Shown here: positions 1 to 11,100 of the stretch, piece after piece
Layout of the letters: each line of letters begins with the position of its first letter
Numbering within the stretch: position 1 is the first letter of the stretch
NCBI GenBank assembly: GCA_010909165.1
Contig: MU008190.1
Span: 236,024 to 300,023 of the forward strand
Origin: Anthoceros angustus
Taxonomy: Eukaryota; Plantae; Anthocerotophyta
DNA: 64,000 bases
Reading direction: 5' to 3'
Translations under genes and position numbers: made by a program
Notes under the pieces: generated by a model
What the model was told of the DNA's origin: nothing
The model's database searches: none
What the model saw: the letters and a program-made list of their open reading frames with translations, nothing else

Positions 1-1504
1 ATCCCCGGTATTCCCATTGTGATGTTAAGGAACTCGTCAGTATATGCTGCAATCGTCCCATGCTGCGTCAACTTAGCCAAGCGGTCTCGCGCCAACCTGG
101 AAGACTCCCGTGGTGTAAATTGGTTTCTGAGGGCTGACACCAACTGATCAAGAGTGACAATTGGAGGGGTGATGCCTTCTCGATTGAGTTGTCTCCGGCG
201 TTGCCACCACAGACGTGCTGTTCCTTCGAGGAATGTTACATTCTGACTACACATAGAGGGTACAAAGGACAACTCGAGATCTTGCTCAACACAGAAAACC
301 CGGTTTTCAAATGTAGCGGTCTCGTGACCCTCAAAAGGTTTGGGTTTAGGAGGTTTTGCGATGTGGGTCGCAGACCCTCTCGATGTCAGTATACCTTGGA
401 TTGCTTTATTCAACCAAGGCATACCTAGTATGCCATCACAACCGACATGCGTTTTGTAACAACAAAAGTGCGGTTTTCTACAAGCGGAATGTCGGCAATG
501 ACACCTTGGCTGCTCCATCAGTGTGTCCATCCGCATAATACAGGTCCTCCTTCACCTACAAGAGACACAATTTTGAGTGGCAAAAGGAAATCATTTGTGG
601 CCGGTCGATTAAAAACTAGCAACCTTGTTATTGATCAAAGCATGGACACGCAACAAATTTGATTTCAATACTCCTAGCGAGGATACCACGGTTACCATAC
701 GTGTTGTGCAACATCTTTATCTGGTACGGAGATGGAGTCTCCTGTAGCATCTTCAAGAGTTAACGTTTGCTTCTTTGTCTAGCTCTGTTCGGTTCTTTGC
801 GTCCTCGTCCTTTGCCCATTGCGGCATTCATTTGCCCTATGGCCAAATCGGCCACATGAAAAGCAGCGTCCTTGAAAGCGGGTTGCGCCCAACTCCATTA
901 GCCTCGGACATTGTTCCACGATGAGTCACCGTATTTGGAGCGGTTGTCCGGAAATCTCGCCCGACGTTGTGGTACCCATGGTCCCATAAAATATGTGCAC
1001 TGTGCATCCATTCGTTACGCCACGATGACATCAGTAATGAAGTCATATCGCTCTTGTTTCAACTTCTCCTGGTAACCCTCGGCGTAGTCCCCGTGCGTCA
1101 ATCATCTCCTCCTCTGTGATCCCGGTATTCCCATTGTGATGTTAAGGAACTCGTCGATATATCTTTGCAATCGTCCCATCTTTGCGTCAACTTAGCCAGC
1201 GGTCTCGCGCCAACTGGAAGACTCGTGGTGTAAATTGGTTTCGGTGACACCAAGCGATCAAGAGTGACAATTGGAGGGTGATGCCTTCTCGATTAAGTTG
1301 TCTCGGCGTTGCCACCAGACGTCTTGTTCCTTCGAGGAATGTTACATTCTGACTACATAGAAATGTACAAAGGACAACTCGAGATCTTGCTCAACACAGA
1401 AAACCGGTTTTCAAATGTAGCGGTCGTGACCCTCAAAAGGTTTGGGTTTAGGAGGTTTTGCGGTACACAGTGAGACCCTCTCGTGTCCGAGTATACCTTG
1501 GATT
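1..1504. repeat. Direct duplication of gag segment: 1-402 matches 1119-1504
   Basis: Near-identical sequence from atcccc/atccc-ggtattcccattgtgatg to agtataccttggatt. The second copy is about 16 bp shorter, mostly through 1-bp deletions. Confidence 0.92.
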
Positions 1505-2894
1505 CTTTGCTTGTGATGCCTCATGCGCGCCGCCCGCACGTTGGAACTTCATTTCTTAATTCCTCCATCTGTTGATGTTGGAGTTGTTGATCTTGAAGCA
1601 TCCTTACCGTATTCAAAATGTGGTCGTGGGCTCGATCTCCAAGTGCTCCATATTTGGTTCAATTGCTCCATTCGCACTTCTCGGTTTCCACCTCCTCGAG
1701 ATACCCACACCCTAACTAATCGTTCGGCCAACTCTTGTTTGTGTTGTTCCCTCGCCGCTTGGTGTCATTGTGCCTCTCTGCGGGCTTGTTGTACCGCTTG
1801 TACTCGGACCAGGTTCCCTGCCCTTGCAACCAAGTCCTGTTCCTCCACCGATGCTGTAGGAATCCTCGCCTGTGGGTCAAAAAGATAGCATTCAGCGTTG
1901 TGCTCCTCAAAGAAGCGCACAATTGTGGGCACGTCCTGGGTGCCCGCAGATCGAAACCACGCCTCGGCTCCGCGTGAGGTGGTAGCGAAAAGCTTCCCCA
2001 ATTCCAACTGTGCGAGATTCCAAGCTAGCTTTTGGCCGATTGTCCACTCCTCCGACAACCGCAATCCTTTTTGGAATAATACCTCTATCACCAACCACCT
2101 TACAGGCGGTCCCTAATCTTGGCCGCGAGAGGCGATGGTCCGGTCTATTTTCTCTGCGTCGGGATTGTGATTTTGCCCAGCTATCCGTGCTTCATCTGCT
2201 TGGGAATTTCTATATCATATTGCGGACTAGCACATATGGGTCTCTCACCATCTACTATGACGTAATCAACCTTGCAAAGCTATCACGAAGCTTATTTGGA
2301 GGTCTATCGTAGTCTTCTAACAACACTTCTCCGATGGCTCTTGGCTTCCATGATGTCCGTTGCGCCTTCAAGGCGAGACCCAATGCCGATTCAAGTTGAC
2401 ACAACAGCGATAAGCTCCCGTTGTCTAAGAGTCCATGGGCGCGCTCGATCGGTCGTTACTCGCAGGCATAGCTCAGACATCAACAATGCCCACATGAAAA
2501 TACGCCCACGATAGATTTTGCCCAACCTGAGCAACTTCTCGACATAACGGGCGGAACATCTGAACTGGCTGCTTGTGAGGACTAGAAACCAAATCTGGTG
2601 TCTTCTTATCTCGGAAAAAGCACTCCCGTCCTGGCTGGCTAGCGTCGGGGCTATCGACAACACCCGCTCCCTGAGGTTCCGATCTATCCCCAACTGCCGA
2701 CCAGGTTGCATTTGCCACCACGCTTCGCCTCGTGTCAGGCTTCCAAGTCCTATTGAGCTTTCCCAGCTGAGGGGGGGTTTTCCATGGCTAGGAGAGGGTG
2801 TATACAACACCTATCCGATCCTCCACACCCTTTCCTGCCATAGGAAACTTCACGATCACTCGTGAGTCATCAAGCGCCACTCTCAAGTGGTCAA

Positions 2895-2906
2895 GGCTCG
2901 ATACCA
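2895..2906 (-). promoter_or_regulatory. Primer binding site, iMet-tRNA-like (TGGTATCGAGCC)
   Basis: Reverse complement of ggctcgatacca, 3 bp inside the LTR end. Differs from canonical TGGTATCAGAGC by lacking one A. Confidence 0.75.
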
Positions 2907-2909
2907 AAA

Positions 2910-3088
2910 TGTAATGGCAGGAAAGCTGCCCCTCCGAGCTCGGGGCGTGTATTTAACATCCCAGGACTGTTACTCTAAACTTAGCATATGACTCACTACG
3001 GTGAACTGTACTTCCGATCCTATCCGCACCGTACCTTTTATATGTGTCCTGTATATGTATCCTATACATGTAATATTATATCATTACA
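2910..3088 (-). mobile_element. Putative 5' LTR (179 bp) bounded by TGTAATG...CATTACA inverted termini
   Basis: The plus strand has tgtaatg at 2910 and cattaca ending at 3088. The PBS abuts the inner edge, and the outer edge interrupts a LINE ORF. Confidence 0.75.
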
Positions 3089-3670
3089 CGAGCGCTTACA
3101 AGCAATGTGAGCGCGGAGAAAGGAAGATTGAACCCTTTCCACCTTAGCCCAAGAAAAAGGGGAAAGATCCGGGCCCCAAATTTCAGCGCCATACAAGGCG
3201 GAGGGAATTACCATAGTGTTGAACAGCTGCTTTCGAAGATTGATATCCTGAAGATTCATCCTATATAAAGAACAGCACAAAGCACAGACAGAGCCCATCC
3301 TGTTGGTAGCGCGGGAGGAGGCAGAGGAGGTTTAGTTAAATTTAGGACCGAAAATAATGATACCGAGATAAGTATAGGATCGGACCATCTCCACCTCATG
3401 ACCATCATAATAAAATTTGCAATCACCCTTGTAATCCCAGTTAAATTTAGGATCGAAAATAATGATACTGAGATAAGTATAGGATCGGACCATCTCCACC
3501 TCATGACCATCAGAATAAAATTTGCAATCACCCTTGTAATCCCAGTTAAATTTAGGATCGAAAATAATGATACCGAGATAAGTATAGGATCGGACCATCT
3601 CCACCTCATACCTCATGACCATCATAATAAAATTTGCAATCACCCTTGTAATCCGAGTATTGAACAGCAT
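3089..3670 (-). mobile_element. Non-LTR retrotransposon (LINE, RTE/CR1-like) reverse-transcriptase C-terminal fragment
   Basis: VRSYTYLGIIIF matches the RT YLG motif. KQLFNTMVIPSALYGAEIWG matches the conserved LINE thumb-region pattern L-x3-V-x-P-x2-L-Y-G-x-E-x-W. Frame is broken and cut by the LTR at 3088. Confidence 0.75.
3334..3652. repeat. 105-bp tandem repeat, about 3 copies, inside the LINE fragment
   Basis: ttaaatttagga recurs at 3336, 3441 and 3546. The unit encodes 35 aa (EVEMVRSYTYLGIIIFDPKFNWDYKGDCKFYSDGH). Confidence 0.92.
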
Positions 3671-4679
3671 AATCTAAACTGACCACTCGACCTAAGCTGC
3701 ACCATGTGACATCTTTTATTAGCTTCTCTCACTTTGTTTGGTTTTTCCCCACTCCCGCTACGTACTGATGATAGCTCATAGCCTCTGGTTTCTGGTGGAG
3801 GACCTGGAGGGATTTTCTGAGCCTCGTGTGGACTTGGAATCATACTTACCACTTGGACGTGGCGTCTTTGGACCGGGAGCCCGGGACATATCTCTGTGCA
3901 AGACTGATTCCGGGAATCAGATGTACCTCTGGAGCATACCTTTCTTAATTGCAACAGATGGGACTCGACGTTGGCTCAGGTCGACTGGTTGTCTTTGCGC
4001 CAACACTCTGAAAGGTTATCGTCGCTCACGGAAAACGGAGTGTCACCTTCACCGCAACGTATTTGTCCGGAAGTTGGTGAGTGTCATTCCAAGAGGCTGT
4101 CTCTATCCGCAAACAAAATCATGTGGGGAAGACCTATCTCAGAGCTATACAGAAAAGGCAAGAATTTTGATAAGCTAAGGACGATGGGTCGTGGCTTCGT
4201 ACAAAGGGTAGATTCCGTGTAGAATGTCCAGCACCATGTCTCTGATTACTCTGGGAAGGGGATTCCAGCACTTGCTTGCCCGCATCGGTCGGCCCCAGCC
4301 GCTTTGTAAGGGCGCGCCCGTTTCCGAAGAGAGAGACCTCGAGGCGCGAGACCTTCTTTCAGGATTCAGTCTCTCCTGCTGCACATGCCCCACACACCTT
4401 CTGGCTGGAGGTTCCAAGCTACAGTCGCCTCCTGACATTAGTTTCACAGCAAAGGAAGACCTCGTGAGTTTGACCACATGTGGTGAGAACGATTCACGTT
4501 CGACGACTCACGAGGCCCTGATGCTTATGTTGCTGGAGAACATACATACACACACGGTGTCACAGTACAGTATCGACGATTCCGGGATACTGCCAAGAGC
4601 TCGTGATGGGTAGATCGGGACAGAGTGACCTTGTTCTTTAGCCGCAGTCCAATGGCACGAGTGAATCTCTAGAGGGTTG

Positions 4680-5222
4680 CGTCATTGGAATATTGAGACA
4701 GGCTGAAGCAAACATCCAAGCCCTAGGGATGGGAAAGCAGCAGATTATAGTTTTCTTAGAAACACATCTCGTGAAGGACAGGCCAATCTTTTGCTACGGT
4801 CCCGACGGAATTCCGGACACGGCAAATGTGAGATTGGAATTGGCTCCAGCATCAACCTGATGAAAATACCTGAGCCCATGTTATCAAAAACTCGAGGATG
4901 CTGAAGGAAATCAAGCGCAACCAACGCCCGGATGCTTCTGGTGCTGGCACCAGGAACCAGCTAGTCTTCATTCAGGTCACCAATCCCGACCGAAATTGCG
5001 AGTCGCCACAACGTCAAGTGAAATCCCACGAGCAAAAGGCAGGCAGTTACCGCGAAGAAGGCCGTCACCGGGGACCAAAGAGTTTTCCCGGGCTTCTTCT
5101 TGATGAAGCCTTCTCCGCTCGTTCATGTAAAGTAGAAATGGACAAGTGGCGGTGGTATAGACTGGCCAGGAGAGATCGAAGACGCCAAGATCGAGTTGTT
5201 TCTGAAATTTAAAAAAAAAAAA
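4680..5222 (+). mobile_element. Possible degenerate LINE relic (APE-like motif, terminal poly-A)
   Basis: QIIVFLETHL near 4741-4770 resembles the APE endonuclease DII-L-QETH motif, and an A12 run lies at 5211-5222. Support is weak. Confidence 0.25.
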
Positions 5223-5472
5223 CTCCCTCATGCTAAAAATAGCAAATAGGCGGACCCGGTCCGTGTTGGAGATTTGCTTGTGGGCGCGAAGCAGCGCCAA
5301 CTGCCGACAGCTGCGGGCCTGGGACACGGATTCCAGAGATGCCTCATCCCCTGGGCTGGAAACGTGTTGCAAATTCCATCTGGGTTGTGGAACAGCTGCA
5401 TCCGCACGACAAACACATGCATCATATGCGATTTGGACCAGCTCGTTGCCCTTCCGCATGGCGATCGATCAC

Positions 5473-5478
5473 TATAAA
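5473..5478 (+). promoter_or_regulatory. Candidate TATA box of the GH3 gene
   Basis: cTATAAAg about 245 bp upstream of the GH3 ATG. Confidence 0.4.
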
Positions 5479-5719
5479 GCCGCTGAGGACTTGGACATGG
5501 ACATCTACCGCAGCACGCGCCCCGGCGGCTTGCCTTCGACCTCGGATTTCCGAGGCAGCGCTGCGTTGGCAGGCGGTGAGCCGGTCTTCCAGTCTGCCCC
5601 TCGATCAGCGCCTGGTTCCGAGGCTGGTCTGGCTCGGGGCTGTTCTGGGTGACCGAGACTGGTGAGCTGCTGGGCTGTGAGTGCCGAGGATTTATTTCTG
5701 GGATTGGAGGTGGACAGAC

Positions 5720-8192
5720 ATGGTGTTGAGAATGGAGTGCCTCCCGGCAGACCTGACCAGCCAGACGCTCTTGGAATTTGTCGACAAGATCACCCACCAC
5801 CCCGATGCGGTGCAGGAGCGGGTGCTGTCCGCCATCCTGCAGCAGAATGAGGGGTGCGAGTACTTCTCCAGGCACGGGCTGGGAGGCGGTGTGAAGGTTG
5901 ATACAGCTGCATTCAAATCCAGGATTCCTGTGATCGAGTACGAAGACATCAAGGGCGATGTCGAGCGCATAGCTGACGGAGATCGGTCGCCCTTGCTCAC
6001 CGGTCCTCCGGTTGCGGAGCTTTTCACCAGGTGTGCTAGTGTGCTGCCATGGCAGACCAATCTGCCATAACTAGGGTTTGCGAGAGGTTTGTCTGTGGCG
6101 TGTTGTCTTGGGTGCTTTGCCGGACAGCAGGAGGTGGAGGAAGTAATTTCTGTCGCTGGGCGGTTGTATGGTCCCTTTGTTTGTACAATGCTATGATGAG
6201 GATGGTTGTCGTCACTGTAAAGCTGCAGCATGGACAGTAAACAAAAGGTTGTTGAAGGAGTCTGGGCTTGCTGTGGGCTGCTTCGCTTGTTTTGACATGC
6301 CTTGGACCTGGCTCGCTGCAGCTCGGGAACATCCGGCGGGGCCCGCAAGCTGTTTCCCAACGTTGCACGCGACGGGTTTCGTAAGTTGGTTCATGATGCC
6401 ATCGCTACAGCCACCCTGGACAGGTCGCTGCACTTCCTTTCCATTCGTTTCTTTCCTTTCTCTGTGCTTGCCTCGGTGGAGTTGAGCTGAGCTGTGCTGT
6501 GCTGTGCTGGGCTGGGCTGTTGTAACCTGGAATCCGCTGTTTGTGCAACAGAGCTGTGCCTGCCTTGCGGAATGGCAAAGCCCTGTACTTGTTCACCATC
6601 AGGAGCACCAGCACCACCAAGGGCGGGCTGGTGGCTCAGACCACCCTGACCAGGACTTTCAAGGACATCTTTGCTCCCGGAGCCAAGAATGCGTACACGG
6701 ACATTGTGACGAGCCCGGGAGCGGTGTTTCTGTGCCCGGAGGACAAGAATCAGATCATCTACTGCCACCTCCTCTGCGGCCTGCTTCAGCGGCGGGAGAT
6801 TGTGAGAGTGCGAGCCATCTTTGCTTCCTTCTTGGTGAGGGCGTTACGGTACTTCTTGGTGGCGTGGCCTCTGATGTGCCATGACATCCGCCATGGGGAG
6901 CTCAACCCGATCGTCACAGATCCAGAAGTCCGAGCTGCTGTGGAGAAGCTGTTGCACCCTAACCCTGCCCTGGCAGACGAGATCGAGGCCATCATGTCTT
7001 GTCAAAGGTGAGTCACACATGAGGTTGCAATCCTGAAGCTGTGTCGTTTCCTTCAACATGGCTGTGCAGACAAGGTGGGTTGTTGTAATATGTGCAGCCC
7101 GCCGTGCAAGAACCTTGTCCCAAGACTTTTCCCCAAGGCCCTGATTGTGGAGGCCATCACGACCGGAGCAATGGCAGCATACGTGCCTTTGCTGGAGTAC
7201 TTTGCAGGCGAGCTGCCCATCGTCTGCATGCCGTATGGGGCCTCGGAAGGCTACTTTGGCCTCAACTTGGATGCCCTGTGCGATCCCTCCAATGTCTCAT
7301 ACACTATCATGCCCTTTGTGAACTACTTCGAGTTCATTCCCCTTCGAAGGGAGCCGACTACGGGGCAATTGCGTGCTGCCGTGGAAGACATCGTGGATCT
7401 GGTGGACGTCGTGCCCGGCCAGGATTACGAACTGGTGGTCACAAACTTCTCAGGTAAGCAAGCAGCGCTAGCGTGCAGGTCCTTTTCCTGCAATGCTAAT
7501 GTTGCGGTGTGCTGGGTGAAATCTGGGAGGCCAATGCCTTATAAGACCTTTGGGTTTCTCTCGATCCGGCTGCAGGTTTGTACCGCTTTAGAGTGGGTGA
7601 CATTCTGAGACCCTGCGGATACCACAATGCAAGCCCGAAGTTCGAGATGATAGGCAGGAAGAATGTGCTGTTAAGCGTCGACACAGACAAAACAGACGAG
7701 CACACGCTCTTCACCGCAATTACAGCGTCTCTTGGCACCCTCTTTTCACGGTTAAGACAAGAGCACAACGTTGTGAGCCACCTTCTGGACTATTCCAGTT
7801 TCCCAGACGTGAGCCAGAGCCCGGGCCGGTACGTGCTGTTCCTGGAGCTGGCCAACCTCCCCAAGAAGGAACAGGAAGAAGAAGAAGCCGGCTCTGGAGA
7901 AGGCCTTCAAAAGCTCTTGGAGCTTTTCTGCCTGAACGTGGAGCAGCGGCTTTGCCCCATTTACCGCAGGAACCGAAACGAGGGCGTCGTCGGGCCTCTG
8001 GAGGTGAGGGTGGTGAAACCCGGGAGCTTCGAGCAGGTGGCGCAAGCTGCGGTGAGCAGGGGCGCAGACATCGGGCAGTACAAAACGCCCAGGTGCTTGA
8101 AGATTCTTTCCGATGTAGAAATCCTGAACAACAACTTGCTACTGCCCAGCGCGTGCAGCCAGGCACTCCATGTGGAGACAGCTTTGTTATAG
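5720..8192 (+). CDS. GH3: GH3 acyl acid-amido synthetase; exons 5720-6030, 6322-6423, 6552-7007, 7098-7453, 7576-8192 (613 aa)
   Basis: Motifs SSGTSGGARKLFP, TGAMAAYVP, YGASEGYFGLNL, GLYRFRVGD and QYKTPRC. All introns are GT-AG with compatible phases; 1842 nt total, divisible by 3. Confidence 0.95.
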
Positions 8193-8199
8193 ATGTAGC

Positions 8200-11100
8200 T
8201 TTGTAGGTGAACGTTGTCGGTTGCAGATTCCATAATGTATAGACTATAATGCCAGGACAGATTACCTGCTTAGCTCCTGCAACTGCAGCACTGGTTATTT
8301 CAGGCAGAGTGTGATCACTCCCCTCAGAGGTGGTGGGCAGTGCATTTGCTTGCGCACAGGAATCACGGCGGGTCTGGTAAAAGGCGAGGCTGGAGTCGGG
8401 CGTCCGCGGGGCAGGGAGGATTAATGGCGAGCGGGGGGAAGCAGGAAGGAGGGAGGGAGTTTTTGCTTTTGTGCTGCGCTGTGCAGCAGACTCTTTTATG
8501 ACAGCTTTCCACGTTTGTGGACGGCAGTAGACAATGAAGGAGGGAGCTAAAATTGCCTCTTGTTTCATGCTGAGAATAAGTTATTCTATTTGCTCAAGAG
8601 GTGAGCGTGGGTCAGTACAATGAATGGACGGGGATCGGTGCAAATCACCCATGGCCTTTCCTGAATCCCCCTCTCCTCGGTCATATTCATAATGGCCGCG
8701 GCCTGCAAGCCAGCCAGCTTGCTGACACCCAAACGTAAAACGGGCAATGCTGATTATTGCAAGATGCCTGCTTGCTGAATTCAAGCTTGCTTGCAAGCAA
8801 GCTTCGTCAATCCTTTGGATTCCTTCCTCTGCCCATGCTCCTCCTTGCTTGCAAACTGCATGCTTGTCCATCAAGTTTGCGTCCCGTTTTCCTCCTCCAG
8901 CTCCAGGACCTGGGTCCTAGGAGGATCCGGGGCCAGGGGCCCTGCTGGCCCCTGGCTCCTGCCTCCTGGCTCCTGGCCCCTGACCCCTGGCCCCCTGGCG
9001 CCTGGCCCCTGATGATGAGCCATCCAGGCGGCGAGCTGTGTGTGTGTGTGTGTGTATATGTGTGTGTCTCCGAGAATACCTGGCAGCTGCATACTGGGCG
9101 GGGACCCACAGCCCTCCAGACTGATTTGCACTGAGAGTTGCAGTTAGTTACAGTTGGAGGGGAATGTGCGGCTGCGATTCAGGCAGCCCCAACACGGCGG
9201 TAAAGTTTTGAACCACGCTGCACCATTCCTGAAGCCCGGGATTTGGTTGGGATTAGCGAAGTTTGTGAGCCACATTGACAAGCAGCTCCGGGGCGAGGAC
9301 ATGGATACTCTAATCTACAAGCTCGTGTCGCACAAAACATGCGCACGCACACCGAAGCCATTATGGGATTAGCAGCATGGCAGAAGCTTTTAAGCCAAGT
9401 TAAAGCATCGCAGCGCAGGCCCAGCTGCGAGCTGCGAGCTGCGATCTGCGACATGATGACGAACGCCCGTTACCTACATCCATGTTGCAGCAGGCAACGG
9501 GCGTGCGGGCCCGCGGCCGCGGTGACGCGCGCCACCGATGCGCATCCATTTACTGCTCTGCTCTCTGATGCATATCCATCCAAAGCTCAAATGCACTTGG
9601 ACACATTTGTATTTGAGAACTAAGAATCAATTCGGTGATGTTCTAGTTAGGTCGTAGAAAGATAAAGTAACACAAATTTGATAACTAGTAAAGAACAAAA
9701 GTCTAAAATATTATGAAATTTCAATATAGATACATTTCAGTAGTATTGGAGGAGTGCACAACAGCTTCCTAGATTCCAATATTGACCACCCAGCGGAAGA
9801 ACTTTCTTACGTTGGAAGAAGAGTAAGAGTGCGATTTTGAATGAAGCAGCAGGAACTGACACCCGTTTTGAGAACAAGGGGATAATGTTATGTAGCTGTA
9901 GCTGTAGCTGTAGCGGGACTTGTGCTAGAGTTCAGCTGACATGTATTTGAGGAACAGAAACTGACATACATTTCGTGGAAAGGAAAGGAACTCTAGCTGA
10001 TATTTATTTGAGGAATAGAAACTGACATGCATTTGATGGAAAGGGATCACTTACTAGATTGAAAAGCCTAGCACAAAGAGTATGTAGTATGTAGTCTTCC
10101 ATAGGAGCCAGTGTTGAGGTAGATATATTTCTTCTTTCCTGCACCACGCGTGAGATGACATAAAGAATTAATAGATACATATACAGCTGGAGAAATGGGG
10201 CCCATGTTAGGATACGCTATGAGGAGTGTGATGCAGTGCATGTAGTAGTAGGATATTTGGGGCGGCACGAAATGAAATGGCTTATAAAATTGGATGGGTG
10301 ACCCAAGTAATATAGAAAGAAGTAAGTATATGTAGAATATATAAGCATGAGTAGCGGGTAGTTTGCATGAGCACGACCAAAACCCGAGAAGACGGGGTAA
10401 TGGGAGCGGTACTGGGAGGCTAATTCCGAGGAGAGGAGAGATAATTGTAGGGGTTACGGGGTACAAGGGGTTTGATGGGCTCGATCAGCGTGATCGAAGC
10501 GGAGGAGGAGGAGGAGGAGGAGAAGGAGGAGGGGAGCAGAAGGATGGACACCAATCACGTGCTTGTTTTGGGGGGTGATTAAAAAACAGGAAGGTTGGGG
10601 TTTGGTTGGCGCGTGGTTGGCGAGAATCTAGCCAAAACCGTAGCAGTGTACAGGGCAGGAACGGAGAGGAGGTGCAGCAGCAGAGAGAGCTGCAGAAGGC
10701 GCAGAAGGCGCAGAAGAGCAGAGCAGAGCAGAGCAGGAGAGTGGCAGGCCAGTCATAAAGGGGTCCCGGGACCGACACAGCCAACGGGACAGGCCTAGGG
10801 TGTGTACCGAAAAGGACCACACGCTGGTGGAGAGGAAGCAGTGAATGATGGATGCCGTGGCTTTGGCTCGCTTGCTTTTTTGCTTTCCTGCCTTTTTCTC
10901 CTTCCAGATTTGTCGGCATTGCTTCAAGTTGCAGAGAGTTGGGTCGGGTTGAGAAGTTGGGGGCGAGCGGCATTGGAGGGCGATTGTGGAGGGGGAAGCG
11001 TTGTCACACACGATGCGCATTGCAAATTGCAATTGGGCAGCACAAGTCGGAGGAGAGGGTGGTCGGTTGGGGTTGCGTGGTGAGGCTAGGTGCCGTTCTC

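Larger units (their letters stand above)
1..3088 (-). mobile_element. Decayed Ty3/gypsy LTR retrotransposon, 5' part (LTR, PBS, gag, CCHC zinc knuckle, protease); runs off the left window edge
   Basis: Minus-strand translation of about 350..1 gives a gag capsid pattern (KPFEG...FLEGTARLWW...FTPRESSRLARDRLAKLTQHGTIAAYTDEF). 824-865 encodes CFSCGRFGHRANEC (CX2CX4HX4C). About 410-445 encodes DGILGMPWL (retropepsin C-terminal motif). LTR and PBS lie at 2895-3088. Many small indels break the frames. Confidence 0.88.

Noticed and set aside
3334-3652. 105-bp and 47-bp repeats as CRISPR-like arrays
   Set aside because: Contiguous tandem units without unique spacers, in eukaryotic DNA with no cas genes.
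4090-4130. MILFAD on the minus strand as a LINE RT YADD motif
   Set aside because: Lacks the second Asp and flanking motifs; spacing to the YLG motif is too long.
5304-5309. CCGACA (TGTCGG AuxRE) upstream of GH3
   Set aside because: A single hexamer is expected by chance; no paired ARF site seen.
8783-8804. Perfect 22-bp palindrome AAGCTTGCTTGCAAGCAAGCTT
   Set aside because: Built from GCTT/GCAA microsatellite units; no extended hairpin or TIR context.
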